From: Phoronis australis | Taxonomy: Eukaryota > Animalia > Phoronida | Assembly: GCA_002633005.1 (NCBI GenBank) | Contig: NMRA01000006.1 | Location: 204,485 to 268,484, forward strand | DNA length: 64,000 bases | Reading direction: 5' to 3' | Shown here: piece by piece, positions 38,335-50,600 of the stretch | Position numbering within the stretch: position 1 is the stretch's first letter | How the letters are laid out: every line of letters starts with the position of its first letter | Notes under the pieces: model-generated | What the model was told of the DNA's origin: nothing | Seen by the model: the letters and a program-made list of their open reading frames with translations, nothing else | Databases searched by the model: none | Made by a program: the position numbers and the translations under genes

Positions 38335-39333
38335 GATTAATTTGGGTTTTATACTCGAGTTCATTATCATTCATGAAGAAGAGTGTTGAATCCAAGCTTC
38401 TACTAGATGAGCCTATGATGAAGGTCACAAAATCTAGTTTTTCCTTCAGATCATAGCTTGGTAATGGGGGCCGACTAGATTGCATTTCAGAGACACAAGA
38501 AACTTTTGAAGCCCATGTATTCAAACTGAAGCACATTTAGAGACACTGGTGTTCTATAATAGTGGAAAATGGACAGAATTCACGGAATACGACTTCTTTT
38601 GTGGAAATAAGAGATTTTGAATGGAATTTCCATATCTCAGTAGCAAGTACAATAATTCTTGTATTTTTTAATTGCCAGAGATTGAGAATATAACTCAGCA
38701 CAGCCGACATATTTGGTCCACAAATCAGTTGACATTTACGTTCAAGTTGTTTTTCTTTCTGAAAATGGCAATGTTCGTTTTCCAGTTGCTTAATTCAACA
38801 AAATTAAGGTAATTCCCTGATCGTTTTTGTTCGTGTGTTGCTTTGAAATAGTAAAACAGAACTTGATAATTTACGATACAGACTTTTATGTTCGCTAAAA
38901 TGGATTTTTTTTTGAAAACGAAAAACGGTGGTCTCTACCAGGGATTATGTTGGCTTTCCTCGTGAATTTCTTGGATCTACGGAACACAGCCGTGGTGTGA
39001 AGTTGGTACTCGTCTGTTTAAGTCGTATGTAAGTCCGACTTAGCTTGTGCTGTTACTAAGTCATCCAGAAATTTCCAAACTAAGTTGGAGTTAAGAGATG
39101 GAAGTTGGCTGTTGTGGCACTCACTGCTGATTGGCTAGATTGTTCATGGTTTTTCATGAGTTGACAACTGGCTTGTGTCTCCCCCTGTTGTTAAATACTC
39201 AGAATGTTTAGGAAAGAGTTGTTGGGATGGTTGGAGCAGGTGTGTTGTTGGATGTGTAAAGTTTAAGACTGTTAGAAAGTTGATGTTGACAGAGATTACA
39301 TGTGTTTTGGTTTGTGAATTCAGTGGAAACCAG

Positions 39334-39458
39334 CAGAGCCATGCTTTTGGTTTGTGTTAGGACTTGACGTGTGTTTATCCACATGCTCAGAGTGGAGAGC
39401 CACGCTTTTGGTTTGTGTTAGGACTTGACGTGTGTTTATCCACATGCTCAGAGTGGAG
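39334..39458. repeat. Direct repeat, 2 x ~61 bp
   Basis: agagcca.gcttttggtttgtgttaggacttgacgtgtgtttatccacatgctcagagtgg occurs twice. Confidence 0.9.
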
Positions 39459-40195
39459 AATGGTTGGTGGTTGTGTAATCAGCAGTTCGGTTGAAAAGAT
39501 ATACGCTTCAAGGCTTAATGATTAGTGTTTTTGATATGTACATTACAAGGTGCATGAAGCTTCAAAAAGTTGGACCCAGTTCGAATTTTCAGTGTTTCTC
39601 TGCAACAATTCAGTTGTACTTTTTTGTACAATGTTGATCCATCTTTTGAAACAACATACACAGTCAGCTGCCATGTAACTAACCCCAAGTTTTGCACCAT
39701 CAGATTGTATTCACGCCTACCCAAAAATTTCCATCTGTCAGTAGTTGGTGTTAAGTTGTGGCAAAACAAGTGCCTCGTGGTGATTTTGTGAAGGTTGAGA
39801 GTTATTGTAACCGAAAGTGATATACAGCAAAACTAGTTAGTACAAGATGGAGCTCCACAAATCTAGATTTTCGCTCAACTCTTAATAGTTCTGTGCTGCG
39901 GTTGTCATGCTTCGTGCATGAAGCCGCGGGTACGTCAGTTTTCGCCTTACTTCGATAAAATCGCACAATTCTGTTGGATTAGACTTGTGTAAGTTTTACT
40001 TTATTTGTGTGAAGAGGGTTGTCATGGTGATTGTTGGAAAGGTATGATTTGTAAACAATGGAACATGATTGATATAGAGACGCCTTGCAAAGGCTGGATG
40101 AAAGAAGTATATGTGACTGTTTGAAGAAAGTTGAACTCTCAGGAGATATTTGTCCAAGTTATTACATATTATTGTGTCTCATATTTAATTTATAT

Positions 40196-40201
40196 AATAA
40201 A
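40196..40201 (+). terminator. Candidate KLF9/13 polyadenylation signal
   Basis: AATAAA at the end of a T/G-skewed region following the KLF stop; the skew reverses downstream. Confidence 0.45.
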
Positions 40202-40539
40202 CTGCCTGTGTAAATTCAGACGATTCTTTATATTGTTTACAAAAAGAATTTGTGTTCAAAAAAGGTTCTTGTGACATTAATGAGTGAACAAACTGATTAA
40301 CTAGGTCTCAAAATAAACTGCACTTCACAAAAACAGGATGTAAATATCACACTTGAAAAACGTTTGGATTATTTGACACATGAAATCGTGCACGAATCAG
40401 AGAATGCAAATTGATAGAGAAAATACAGAAACTAATTTGTGCGTGGGGTTCTGCTTGACCTGTTTATCGCAGCAAAGTAGCTTAGTTTGAACAGCCATTA
40501 ATCAGACCAGGGTCTAACCTAGATCGAACTTGAAAAGGT

Positions 40540-40765
40540 AATAGTCTATTACTCTGTGCTCGAGTATATTACAGTTTATATAAATGAGTGTCCACTCCAA
40601 GTTTATACTTGATGACCCCACGATTCTAGCTATAAACTAGAAGAATCTCGAGATTTCAAGTTCAGACTCGACCTTTTAATGCTGGGGTCATCAAGTGTAA
40701 AACAGAATTACACAATCATCCCAATTAAATTATAATATACTAAAGCACCTAATTATAGACAATTA
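40540..40765. repeat. Degenerate foldback element between the KLF and CRTC 3' ends
   Basis: tttatacttgatgacccca / tggggtcatcaagtgtaaa, plus outer arms gtgct..agtatatta / taatatact..agcac. Confidence 0.6.
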
Positions 40766-41179
40766 TTTTGAGATTGTATTCAAGAAGAATGAAAAATGGC
40801 AGAAATGTTTTTGATTTTGCACCCTGATGTGCGTCAGATGTACTCCAGTAAAAACTGGAGATTACACCAGGATTTTTGCACTAAATGGAGAAATTTCTCT
40901 CAGCAACCTGCCACCACCGCAAAGGCATACTGAAGCACGTTTTTTGTCTCATAAGTGGCGAGGATGGATTTCCCAAATTGGAGCCCATAGATTGGTTATG
41001 ATTTCCAGACAAGAAACGTGAACTGTACATGTCAGCAAACAGGTACAAACCAGTGAAGCCACAAAAACGCTAGTTCCCAGCAACTTTATCGGCAGAACCA
41101 ACGATGCCAGGACTGAACAAAGAATTTGACCTATGCAGGTAATTTTGCTTGCGGTAAAAATTCTCCAATTTGGATTAAA

Positions 41180-41370
41180 GCCAACATTGAATTTTCTTGA
41201 TCCTGAAGATTGGGACATGGGTAATTTTGGTGTTGATATTTCTCGAATATTGAACACTGCACCGCGAAAATAGCTGCCAATGTAAAAATGTGTCTTTCTC
41301 AATACTCCCTATTTCTAAATTTTGAAACGAGCTCTGACCTTGAACAAAATAATTTTTCATAGCACCGAAG
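41180..41370. repeat. Dispersed repeat; second copy at ~45760-46050
   Basis: Shared aattttcttgat..tgaagattgggac and cctatttctaaa.ttt...gctctgaccttga.caaaataatt. Confidence 0.7.
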
Positions 41371-41537
41371 TGGAGAATTTCTACCGTATGTGCCAAAAGC
41401 AATACATCTTGGCTACAGAATAGGCTAGTACCTAACTTGAACACCAGAGGTGTTGCTACCTTAAGGTGCCTTGTTTTCGTGCTGTTAACATTCAAGGTGA
41501 AACACATTACAGAAGACAAGTTTACAAGAGGCCAGCC

Positions 41538-41543
41538 TTTATT
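41538..41543 (-). terminator. Candidate CRTC polyadenylation signal
   Basis: TTTATT on + at the boundary of an A/C-skewed region that runs back to the CRTC stop. Confidence 0.45.
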
Positions 41544-44500
41544 CTCAATATAATATACACAGACAGCGTGACTGCGTGGTCACAATAGATACACACACAC
41601 ATATATTACAACTGAAAATAACACAACAGACTCCCTCTTTTGGCAGTAAACTTGCAGGAGTAAGCGTTAACAGACAATTCACTAGAACATTAATTTGTAA
41701 ATGGAAAATAACAGGTTTTACACAAGTGCATCTAATTAATAACGTCTACGCGTGACTCAACAGAATCACGTGACGAGGTTTAATAACAGTTCACAGAGAG
41801 AAATCGCATGATCGGACAACGAAATTTTTAGTACCAAAATAAATTCATTTCTCAACACGCATACACACACAATGAAATTGAATAAGTTAAGCTCTAATTT
41901 CCGGGCTTTGTCTTATGGAAAACATTATCCCAGTTTTACAAGCAACATGTGCAACTTGAGCACCAACGCATGAACAGTAAACTGAAATTAAATCCTTCAC
42001 ATCCTAAGTTGGAATTACAAGAAAATTTAAAGGTTCAAAAACCGAATTGGAGTGAAGCAACACTTACAGCAACCCCATCAGTTTTGGTAGTGTGCAGTCT
42101 AATTTAATGAGTAGTGCATCATATTTTTCGTAATTGAAAATTAAAAAATTGAGTAATGTGCTCATTTGACTTGCCTCCTGGTACACCGTCCCACAAAAAA
42201 ACCAAACAAACGATGGAAAGTTTTTATAAGAATGGCAATGTAGATAGGAAGGAAATGAATACAAAAAAACTTAGAAGCTAGCCTGGTGATCTAAACACTG
42301 GTGGTATCCGATAACACAATCCGATGCACTGTCCACACGACATCAAGCATTTCACTCTCCCTTAATTAAAACTGGCCACTAGGTGGCGCATAAACCAAAC
42401 ACTCAAATTCCCGCACATTGTATGAACTCACCAATTGAGGATATGAAATAGCGGATAGGTGAAATTTCATTTTCGCATTTTTTCATAAAACTTTAGCAGC
42501 ACCTAATAAATGCTTTATCGTTTTTAAAGTTCCATACCGTAACAAACACCAGATCAATTTGAGCAATTACGTTTATACAAATTTGGCAGATATTAAAACC
42601 AAAAGCACCCCGACTACTTCTTGAGTAAAAAGTACGAAACCCACTGCCAAAGCACTGTCCCAAAACATTAAACACTACCAGAATTCCACGACATATACCA
42701 AAATTGATGAATACTTTCCAGCTTTGTTGTAGCACTAGAGCTTACGCAAGCAAAGTTAAATTTTTAGATTTACTAGTCGACATTCAAACTCAAAGTGTTA
42801 CTGCTGCAGCGAACAGTTAACGTGTTTACACCAGTTTTGAAAAGCTTGTACGTGTTTTTAGCAAATTAGAATCAATACATCAATGTCTGCCATTTCAGAA
42901 ACCAGATGAACCAGACAACACTTTACAGTTTTCATACCTCCACAACAAGGAGTTCAATTCGGGACAGCGCTATAACAGCTAAATCATCTGTACAGAACTA
43001 TGTGGCAGTATGAGGTATACATCCCATGCGCTCATTAATAAAACGAATACGGTGTAATCTCACCAACTTCGGACACAAATAATGTCCAAAATGATCTTTT
43101 TCATTTTTCAAGGGCTTCTGTCATTGTTACGAACACCCAGTTTTCAAAACTTTGCATGATGGTACAAAACTGGGAAAATCCTTTATTTGCCTGGGTGCTA
43201 CAAGTTCCATGGAAAAAAGGAGAAAACAAAATTTCACTTGTTAGCAATACTGTGGCCTGAACTCGTGAGATTTTACATTACTGAAATTAAACAACCATGA
43301 GAGCAATATCTCAATATATATATATATATATATATAAATATCGATTGGTAAATCAGAGCTCACTAAGTGCTAGTCCAACCTGTTTACTTCACAGGGGACA
43401 CTCAGCCCATTAATGCCCTTGCACTGGTGAAGAGCCTTGTGTTCTTAAGCTCTTCACATGGTAAAAAGAGGGCGCTTTCTTTATTAGCATCACCTGGTAT
43501 CAGCTTCATGAAAGCCCCAAATGTAGAGTCACCAATGAGTACACAACAGGACAGCATTTTTACTCCACTGCTGATGATGTTATAGGTCAGGTGGGAGGTG
43601 GCATGACGCCAGCAACACCTCATGTAGGTTTCCTTAAGGTCACCGCAGACCAAGAGCTATGAGCTGAGCCGTCTGCCTTGAATGAACAATAGCTGAGCTG
43701 ACTGCTCACATTAGCTGCTAGGACATTCAGTTGTGGCATTTTCGTGCCTTGGGATGATCTGTCAGCTCGGCTGTTGTTCACATGCGGCAGACAGCTCAGA
43801 TCTCAGCACTACGTCTGCAATGCCCTTAATATTCCTATAAAGCAGCCTTCTGTCAAAAAACACCCCAAGGCTGTAAAAGTAGTCCCAACTTCTTCCTGAT
43901 TTAGATTAAAAGTGATTTCTGACTTTCAGAAGAACTGATAGTTTGTTAATACTTGAGGCCAAGCTCAGCGCATACAATGATCAATCAGGCCAAGCAATTA
44001 CAAACCATCCCTTCTTCCAAGTCCAAAAAGCACTTCCAAGCAAGGAACAATTTAGAAGCAACTTAAAACCAATCAGATTTAAAACAAAAGCCACATTTTG
44101 ACAGCAGCTTCAACAACACACTCACGGCAGCACAGTCACCAGAAATGGATAATAACCTGCCACCTACAGTACAAGAGAAAAGCATCCGTACAAAATGACC
44201 CAGAATACAAAATGACCCAGAATTCCATGCTGCGTTAGCTGGGCAGAAGCCAAATTTATCGTCAGAGTAGTCTCCCCTCATCAGCATGAGAATGAAGAAT
44301 AAGCAGCGAGGACATTTAGTAAGGCCGCCAAGCCATTCTGTGTAATTAGAATTTGGCCGCCTTAATAATTATATCACCAGTCATTTTTGCTGTTCACAGA
44401 ATAATACACTGGCGGATTTAGAGGGGAGCCAAGGGGGCCATGCCCCCTCAAAACTCTCCCAGATTCCATTTGGCAGTTCGGGGGTGCAAAAGTCTGACGG

Positions 44501-47488
44501 GCAAAATCCTGGCTAATACTCTGCCGTGCCCCAACTAAAACTCCTGTATCTGCCCCAGAAATACGCAGTCATCACACAAGGAAACAATATCTGGTTACTT
44601 TTTTTTTCTGTACAGCAAATGCTCTAACATGTGTGTTAAGAAAATCATAAGCAGAACAAGTGGTCAGTTGCCCATTTCATCGAATCAATTTTCAGCACTG
44701 GTAAACTTTTCATTTGATTTCCATTTTCATTAAATACAACTCATCAAAGAGCAAATAAATTCAGAGAGAATGAAACAAAATGCCAATAGCTTACTGGATG
44801 TTGAAAAATATTGCAAAATTTCAACTTTTCGAAACAGTATGATTTCAAAAGTTTACAAGCACAGTTTTCGCAAAAATAGGATACACCAGTTTTATCAAAA
44901 CCCAAAAGACTGTTTATCACCCAATATCAAATATACGAAGATTTGACCCAAGTAGCCAGGAACCCTTTCACTAAAATGATACTAACTTTACAGTCATATT
45001 TTTGCTCCCCGGTCGTAACTCCGTTTCAACACTTCAGTGGCACAGGCCTTAGTTATTTTTTCAATTTTAAAGACCAGTTAACTTGCTACAAATAATGGAA
45101 ACTTAACCAACGGTTGTCTCATGACATCTCCGCAGTACGAACAAGCTAAGAACCAGCTAAATTTTTCTTCTTCTTAATTTTTCATGAGAAATTCGACAAA
45201 ATGAAATTCCACTTGTCAGCCATGTTGTGTGCTAAATACTGTAAGTGAAGAATAAACCCATCAACATCTAGTGTGACAATACAATAAAAAAAATTCATAC
45301 GAGAACCAACAATTCTTTCGTGATTATAGTCGTATTCATTCACAAGAATTTTTGTTTCCTTCACGTTGATGTTATGACATTGCATAAGAACAGTAGAATT
45401 GCAGCTCCTTAATTCACAGTACTGTCTGTCTCACCAACCCTGTCAATGACAGCGTACTTTGCTTGACAAGCTGTTAGCGTTTCTTTCTCTTGAGATGCAT
45501 CACTTTCCTCCCAAACTGTATTTCTTTTTCCTCACGAGATCCATCACTTTCTCACTAACTTTATTCTTTTCGTATGCACAATTCATACAGACACATGTTT
45601 TTTCTACTGTTCATGTCGTGAAAGAAAAAAATGCATCAAGCAGTTAAAGAAATACAACTTGAGGGCAAAAAATTGGATGTATGAGAAAGCAGATAGTGAG
45701 ACATGGTAAAAATCCTCAGTTTGGGACAGTCTCAAAAATTTGGGACACCAAAATTCAAGTTGAAATCCAATTTTCTTGATTGTGAAGATTGGGAACTAGG
45801 CGATTTTAGGGTTCATAATATTTCTCACATACAGGAGACTGTGTTTTGTATAAAATGAAGATCAACTTGGCGTTTTTTAAAATTGTCGAAAGCAGCCACC
45901 GATGCAAGGTTTTTATGCGTCCCTATAGTTTGTACCATAAGGGTGAGTAATCGTTCCTCACTGATTGTAATTCTCGAATATGGGACAGCCAATATTACCT
46001 ATTTCTAAAATTTGGTAGAAGCTCTGACCTTGAGCAAAATAATTATTTCTCACTTCTCAAACTGAAGAACTTTTGTAGTAATAAGAATTCCAAAGCAAAC
46101 TTTAAGAGATGACGACAAACTAACCCATAATTAACAGAACTGAATGAAAAAAAAAATTAACAGCCACAACTCTTCTCTATTACCACATCTACCCTAGCAC
46201 ATAAATGTTGTATAAAAATCGGCACATTCAGTACGCACAAATACTTGAGTTTTTACAATACATACACTCGACATGTAGAATTAAATAACGGTGTCACAAT
46301 GACTATAAAACCAATAATAGAATACACAATCTCAGTCTGAAAAAATGAAGCCGCTGATGTCTTGCACAATGTGAAAATTTTTGCAATTGATTACAATTTC
46401 AAGAATAGTACTTAAAACTCAACAACATAAGTTTCAAGTAAAAAGGAATTTTTGGATATCCAAGAAAATTCAACACGGCAGAAAAAATTCTCAGAAATGA
46501 TTGAACAGTCGTTCCATGAACTTTAACTTTAAAATTCATTACGACACCACAAACTTGGAACTAATTAATGCCTCCAAACTTTACTCGGCAATGGCTTGTC
46601 AGAATAAGAAGCTGCAAACCAAACACCACTGTTTCAAAGCAACAGCACCTAAGAAGCAGAGCAATCTACAGGCCAGCCTAGAGGATGGAATCCCAAATTA
46701 AAGCAAAGGGTGACCCAGTCTCCTTACTCTACTGACAAGAAACATTTCAGCTGGCAGTGAGACACTGATAACAGTTTTTGACAATAATGTACTAGAGGTC
46801 ATTTAGGTGTCGTCTAGAGGTCATCTAGAGACGACTACATCACAGCAGCAAGAGACCTGACAAATCAGCAAGACACGCTCAACTGCACATCTGATGTGCT
46901 TAAACACGAAGGTCCTCTTCGGGCAATAGAAACGGGCACCATGTGGCGCCACAGTCCATACGGACAGGTATGTACAACAGTGTGACAGAATGAAGAGATT
47001 TATACACAATAATGAACAGCTTGACAACGATGCTTAGTAATCATTAAGAAGTAGAGTATATTATATACAAGTCATACACAATTGATAGAAAATCTGGCGA
47101 TGGATACCCCATGCAACAAGGGTACCCACCACGTTAAGTCTTTACATAAGTTTCATCCACTCATTTCTTCAGTTCACAGTTCTTCTTTTGACTTCTTCAA
47201 ATATCTCAGTTAGCCACGGAAACTCACTAAAATTATCACTCTACAAATCCTCGTTTCTCTGCCAGACGCAGGTCACAACCAGTTACTGACCACGGGGTCA
47301 AGCCTGAGGTTGTCACCACTGACCAATGCTGAGGCCAGTAGTTGTCATTAATGACCAACAGGAGGCACCAGTATCAATCCTCACTGGCAGCAGGTATTCA
47401 TCATTGAATGCTGGGCAACCTTACAGTTGTCCCAACTGACCAAAGGTCAGACCACCTGTCGCCATCACTGACCAGTGATGATTGCCGG

Positions 47489-47691
47489 TCACAAACGATC
47501 AAGCCTGAATGTGTCCTCCGTGGCCGGATCGGCAACCATGTTTGGATCGGTCAGCATCTGCAGTCCGGTTAGGTCAAGTGGGTCAAGCCCTGCCTTCAGA
47601 ACCTCATCTGTGGGGAACAGGTCCGAATCAAAGCTCATTGAATTGCTCAGATCCTTACTAAATGTCTGTCTTGACATTGAATCATCAACAT
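47489..47691 (-). CDS. CRTC: CRTC terminal coding exon (transactivation domain)
   Basis: tttgcag|DVDDSMSRQ...[13 protein letters not shown]. Confidence 0.95.
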
Positions 47692-50600
47692 CTGCAAATG
47701 ATAAGTCAATTCAGTGATCACACAACGCCATCTGGTCACAATGAAACTGATAGGAACGCATATCGACAGAACAGGCATATAATACTGGACTGAAAGTTTT
47801 TTTAATATAGCCCAAAAAATGGAATCCACCATTTCGTTTTCTTGGTTATCCTAACAAATTTTCCATTGACGAAACACAACTTAATTATGAAGAGGATAAC
47901 CAGCGAATCACAAAAAATACATTTCTCTTCAACATTTCAGACTTGAATTTTCATGAGCGCCTAACAAATGCAATGAAACCGAAACATTTGAAAGGCGAGT
48001 TCACTGAACCCAAACTTTAGAAAATGCAGAGCGAACACAGTTCATCAGTATCCGTGTGATACCACAGTGCAATAGACTGCACTTGCTGACCACTCCTAGT
48101 ACTCTGTCTGGACTCGACTGCATGGCAGCTAGCACACGAGATGTGAATGTGTGGAGAGCCAGAATGAAAGAGCTATGGAGCGTTACCACCAGTTTTAACA
48201 AAAAGATGCAATAAACTAACCTTCAAACAAAAAATTCACTTTTGATTTGAGCAACCTGCTGTCATAAAATTGCTCTCAACTTTATCCTCACTCAGATCGG
48301 ATGCCATTAGGAAGAACCGAGTGTTGATTATTGCACGAGATCTGAGCCCGGTTGCATGAAACAGTCCCAAATAGGGATTCAGCTAAGTTTCATAAATCTA
48401 CTGCGTATTTTTGAACTTGAGAAAACATCGATTGCTCTTTCTTGTATTGTTTAAGTTTCATTACTAAGTCAACTCTTGACTTTGATACAAATCAAAAGTG
48501 AACTCTACGTTGAATTGTCAATATTATCGCAAATAATTAGGGATCTTTTCATGCAACATCCTCAATTTAAGGACTGAGTCCCTATCTATTTCCAATGAAC
48601 TCTGGGTTCGTTATTAATCATTAGAGAATGCCATTCATCAAATAGGAACTCACAATAAAGATGACATGATGATAGAAAAATACTGCATCTGCGAGTCCAA
48701 ATACGCAATAAGACTTAGGGACCTTAGTCTAGTCCCTATATGCAACCGGCCACAGGCTGAACGAGCTTGACTGACCTCTGTTGGCATTTTATAGACAACG
48801 CATATCTCAAGCAATAACAACTCGACAGATCCCCAAGCCCATAAATGTCCAATGTGAGTAAGGAATGAGGCAGACGTATTTCACAACAAGTGGTCCAACT
48901 CAAAAGTTGTTTTTCGACAGAAACGTGTTTATATCAAAATTCGAGAAAAAATTGCTCAACTACTACGAACCAGTAAGAACAATGTCTGGTATTTGGTTGT
49001 TGGCGGAGTGTCGATGGGTGTCCGCACTCTGCGACACGTGACCGTGCTGCTGATGATGTTGACCGTTCAGCAGCTGTTGGTGCGACGACGGCTGGTAGAG
49101 GGCGCTGCCCGTCTCGTCTTGCTCCTTTGTCGTCGACAGTATGGTGGGATAGGAGTAGTGCATGCTGTTGTTCGACAGTCCGTAGGCGCTCGTCTGCATG
49201 GCAGACGATATTACATGATTGTCTGGCAGCTGAAAGGTAGAATGGCTGGCCATAGAATATGTTGAAGTGGAAGATCGTACAGAGTAAAAATTATTACCAA
49301 ACGAAGGACCATTGCATGGCTTCATTTCAACAAATTCATCTGATATACAGTACACATGAAAAGTATTCAGACAAAATGACCCATAATTTCACCCACCATG
49401 ACGGTTGCATGGGGAACCCAGTCCAGGTAAAAATTGACAGTTGATGATCATCCCACAGTTGGACTTTGGCAATGCGAGCTCAAGAACCCAATGAATTCAG
49501 TCCAGCTGCTTGGGCAGCTTGGTCACCTATGCAATGCTTCATGACACCTCATTATGTCATAAAACTATAGGAGCACCTTGACTGTTTGCAGCCTACCCAG
49601 GGAATGCATTGGGAAAACCGAAACTAGCACTTCACTTCACCAATTTAATTGGCTATTGGCTTGGAATTTTCACCTGTACTAGGTCAGTCAGGGGGCAGAA
49701 GCCAAATTCATTGTGACAGCGAAATTTCCTTGTGACCAAGAATGAAGGGGAATTAACAGAAAACTTAGTAAAATTACTGTTTTGCCACCATGATACTTGT
49801 TGCCAGTCATTTACATGTTCACTGAATTAGCTGTCTTAATGGAAGAAACAGTATTTCGTCTGATTACTTTTGTACTGTAGTCTTGTATTGTAGAAGTGTT
49901 AACCGAGACGCCTGCTAGTACCAGCTGCCCAAAAGAGTCGTTATAATTCACAATCACGCGACTTCCATGACTAACACTTAAAACTGGGATTCAACTAAGA
50001 AAGGAATTCTTGTTCAGGATTTTCAAGGATGTTGAGCACATTATCAATTCATAGAACTGGTCTTCTAACCACCACTATGGATGAGCTTGGCAAAAACGAC
50101 AGAATATACTGTACCTCACTAAAGGCACGGGTAGAGACCATCCTGTTCCGCATTCTTTGTAAAAATTCATTGCGTATATTCAGGTCTTAGTCAAGTATGT
50201 TTCACAAAAAAGGAGATTTTCTGACAGCAGAGGGCGCAATATCAAAAAACGTGACTAGTCCAAATAGGTTTGACAATTGATCAAAAAAAAGCGTGGCGGC
50301 TCAAAATTGAGCATTGTGATCAAGTTTAAACGTGGAGGTTCAAAATTTGAGAGTGATGGCCAACAGCACTAAAAAAAGTCAAACAAGAAAACACAGAACA
50401 GCATCTTCAAATTAACCTAGCCGAAAATTGACAAAATAGTGAATGAAACGTCAAATTTTGAGACCACCCTCGTGCAATGTATTCGCTCACAGAATTCAGT
50501 GCTTGTGCCCAAGTAAGCTAGGTTTTCTTAAAAAAGTCATTGAATTACACGACGCAATCTAACAGCAAATCAAGCTTATTTTCTACCGTCAACTTACTAA

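Noticed and set aside
49230-49355. Upstream acceptor at 49339 extending the CRTC exon (DEFVEMKP...)
   Set aside because: It is phase 1, incompatible with the phase-0 upstream donor. The acceptor at 49229 has a better pyrimidine tract and fits.
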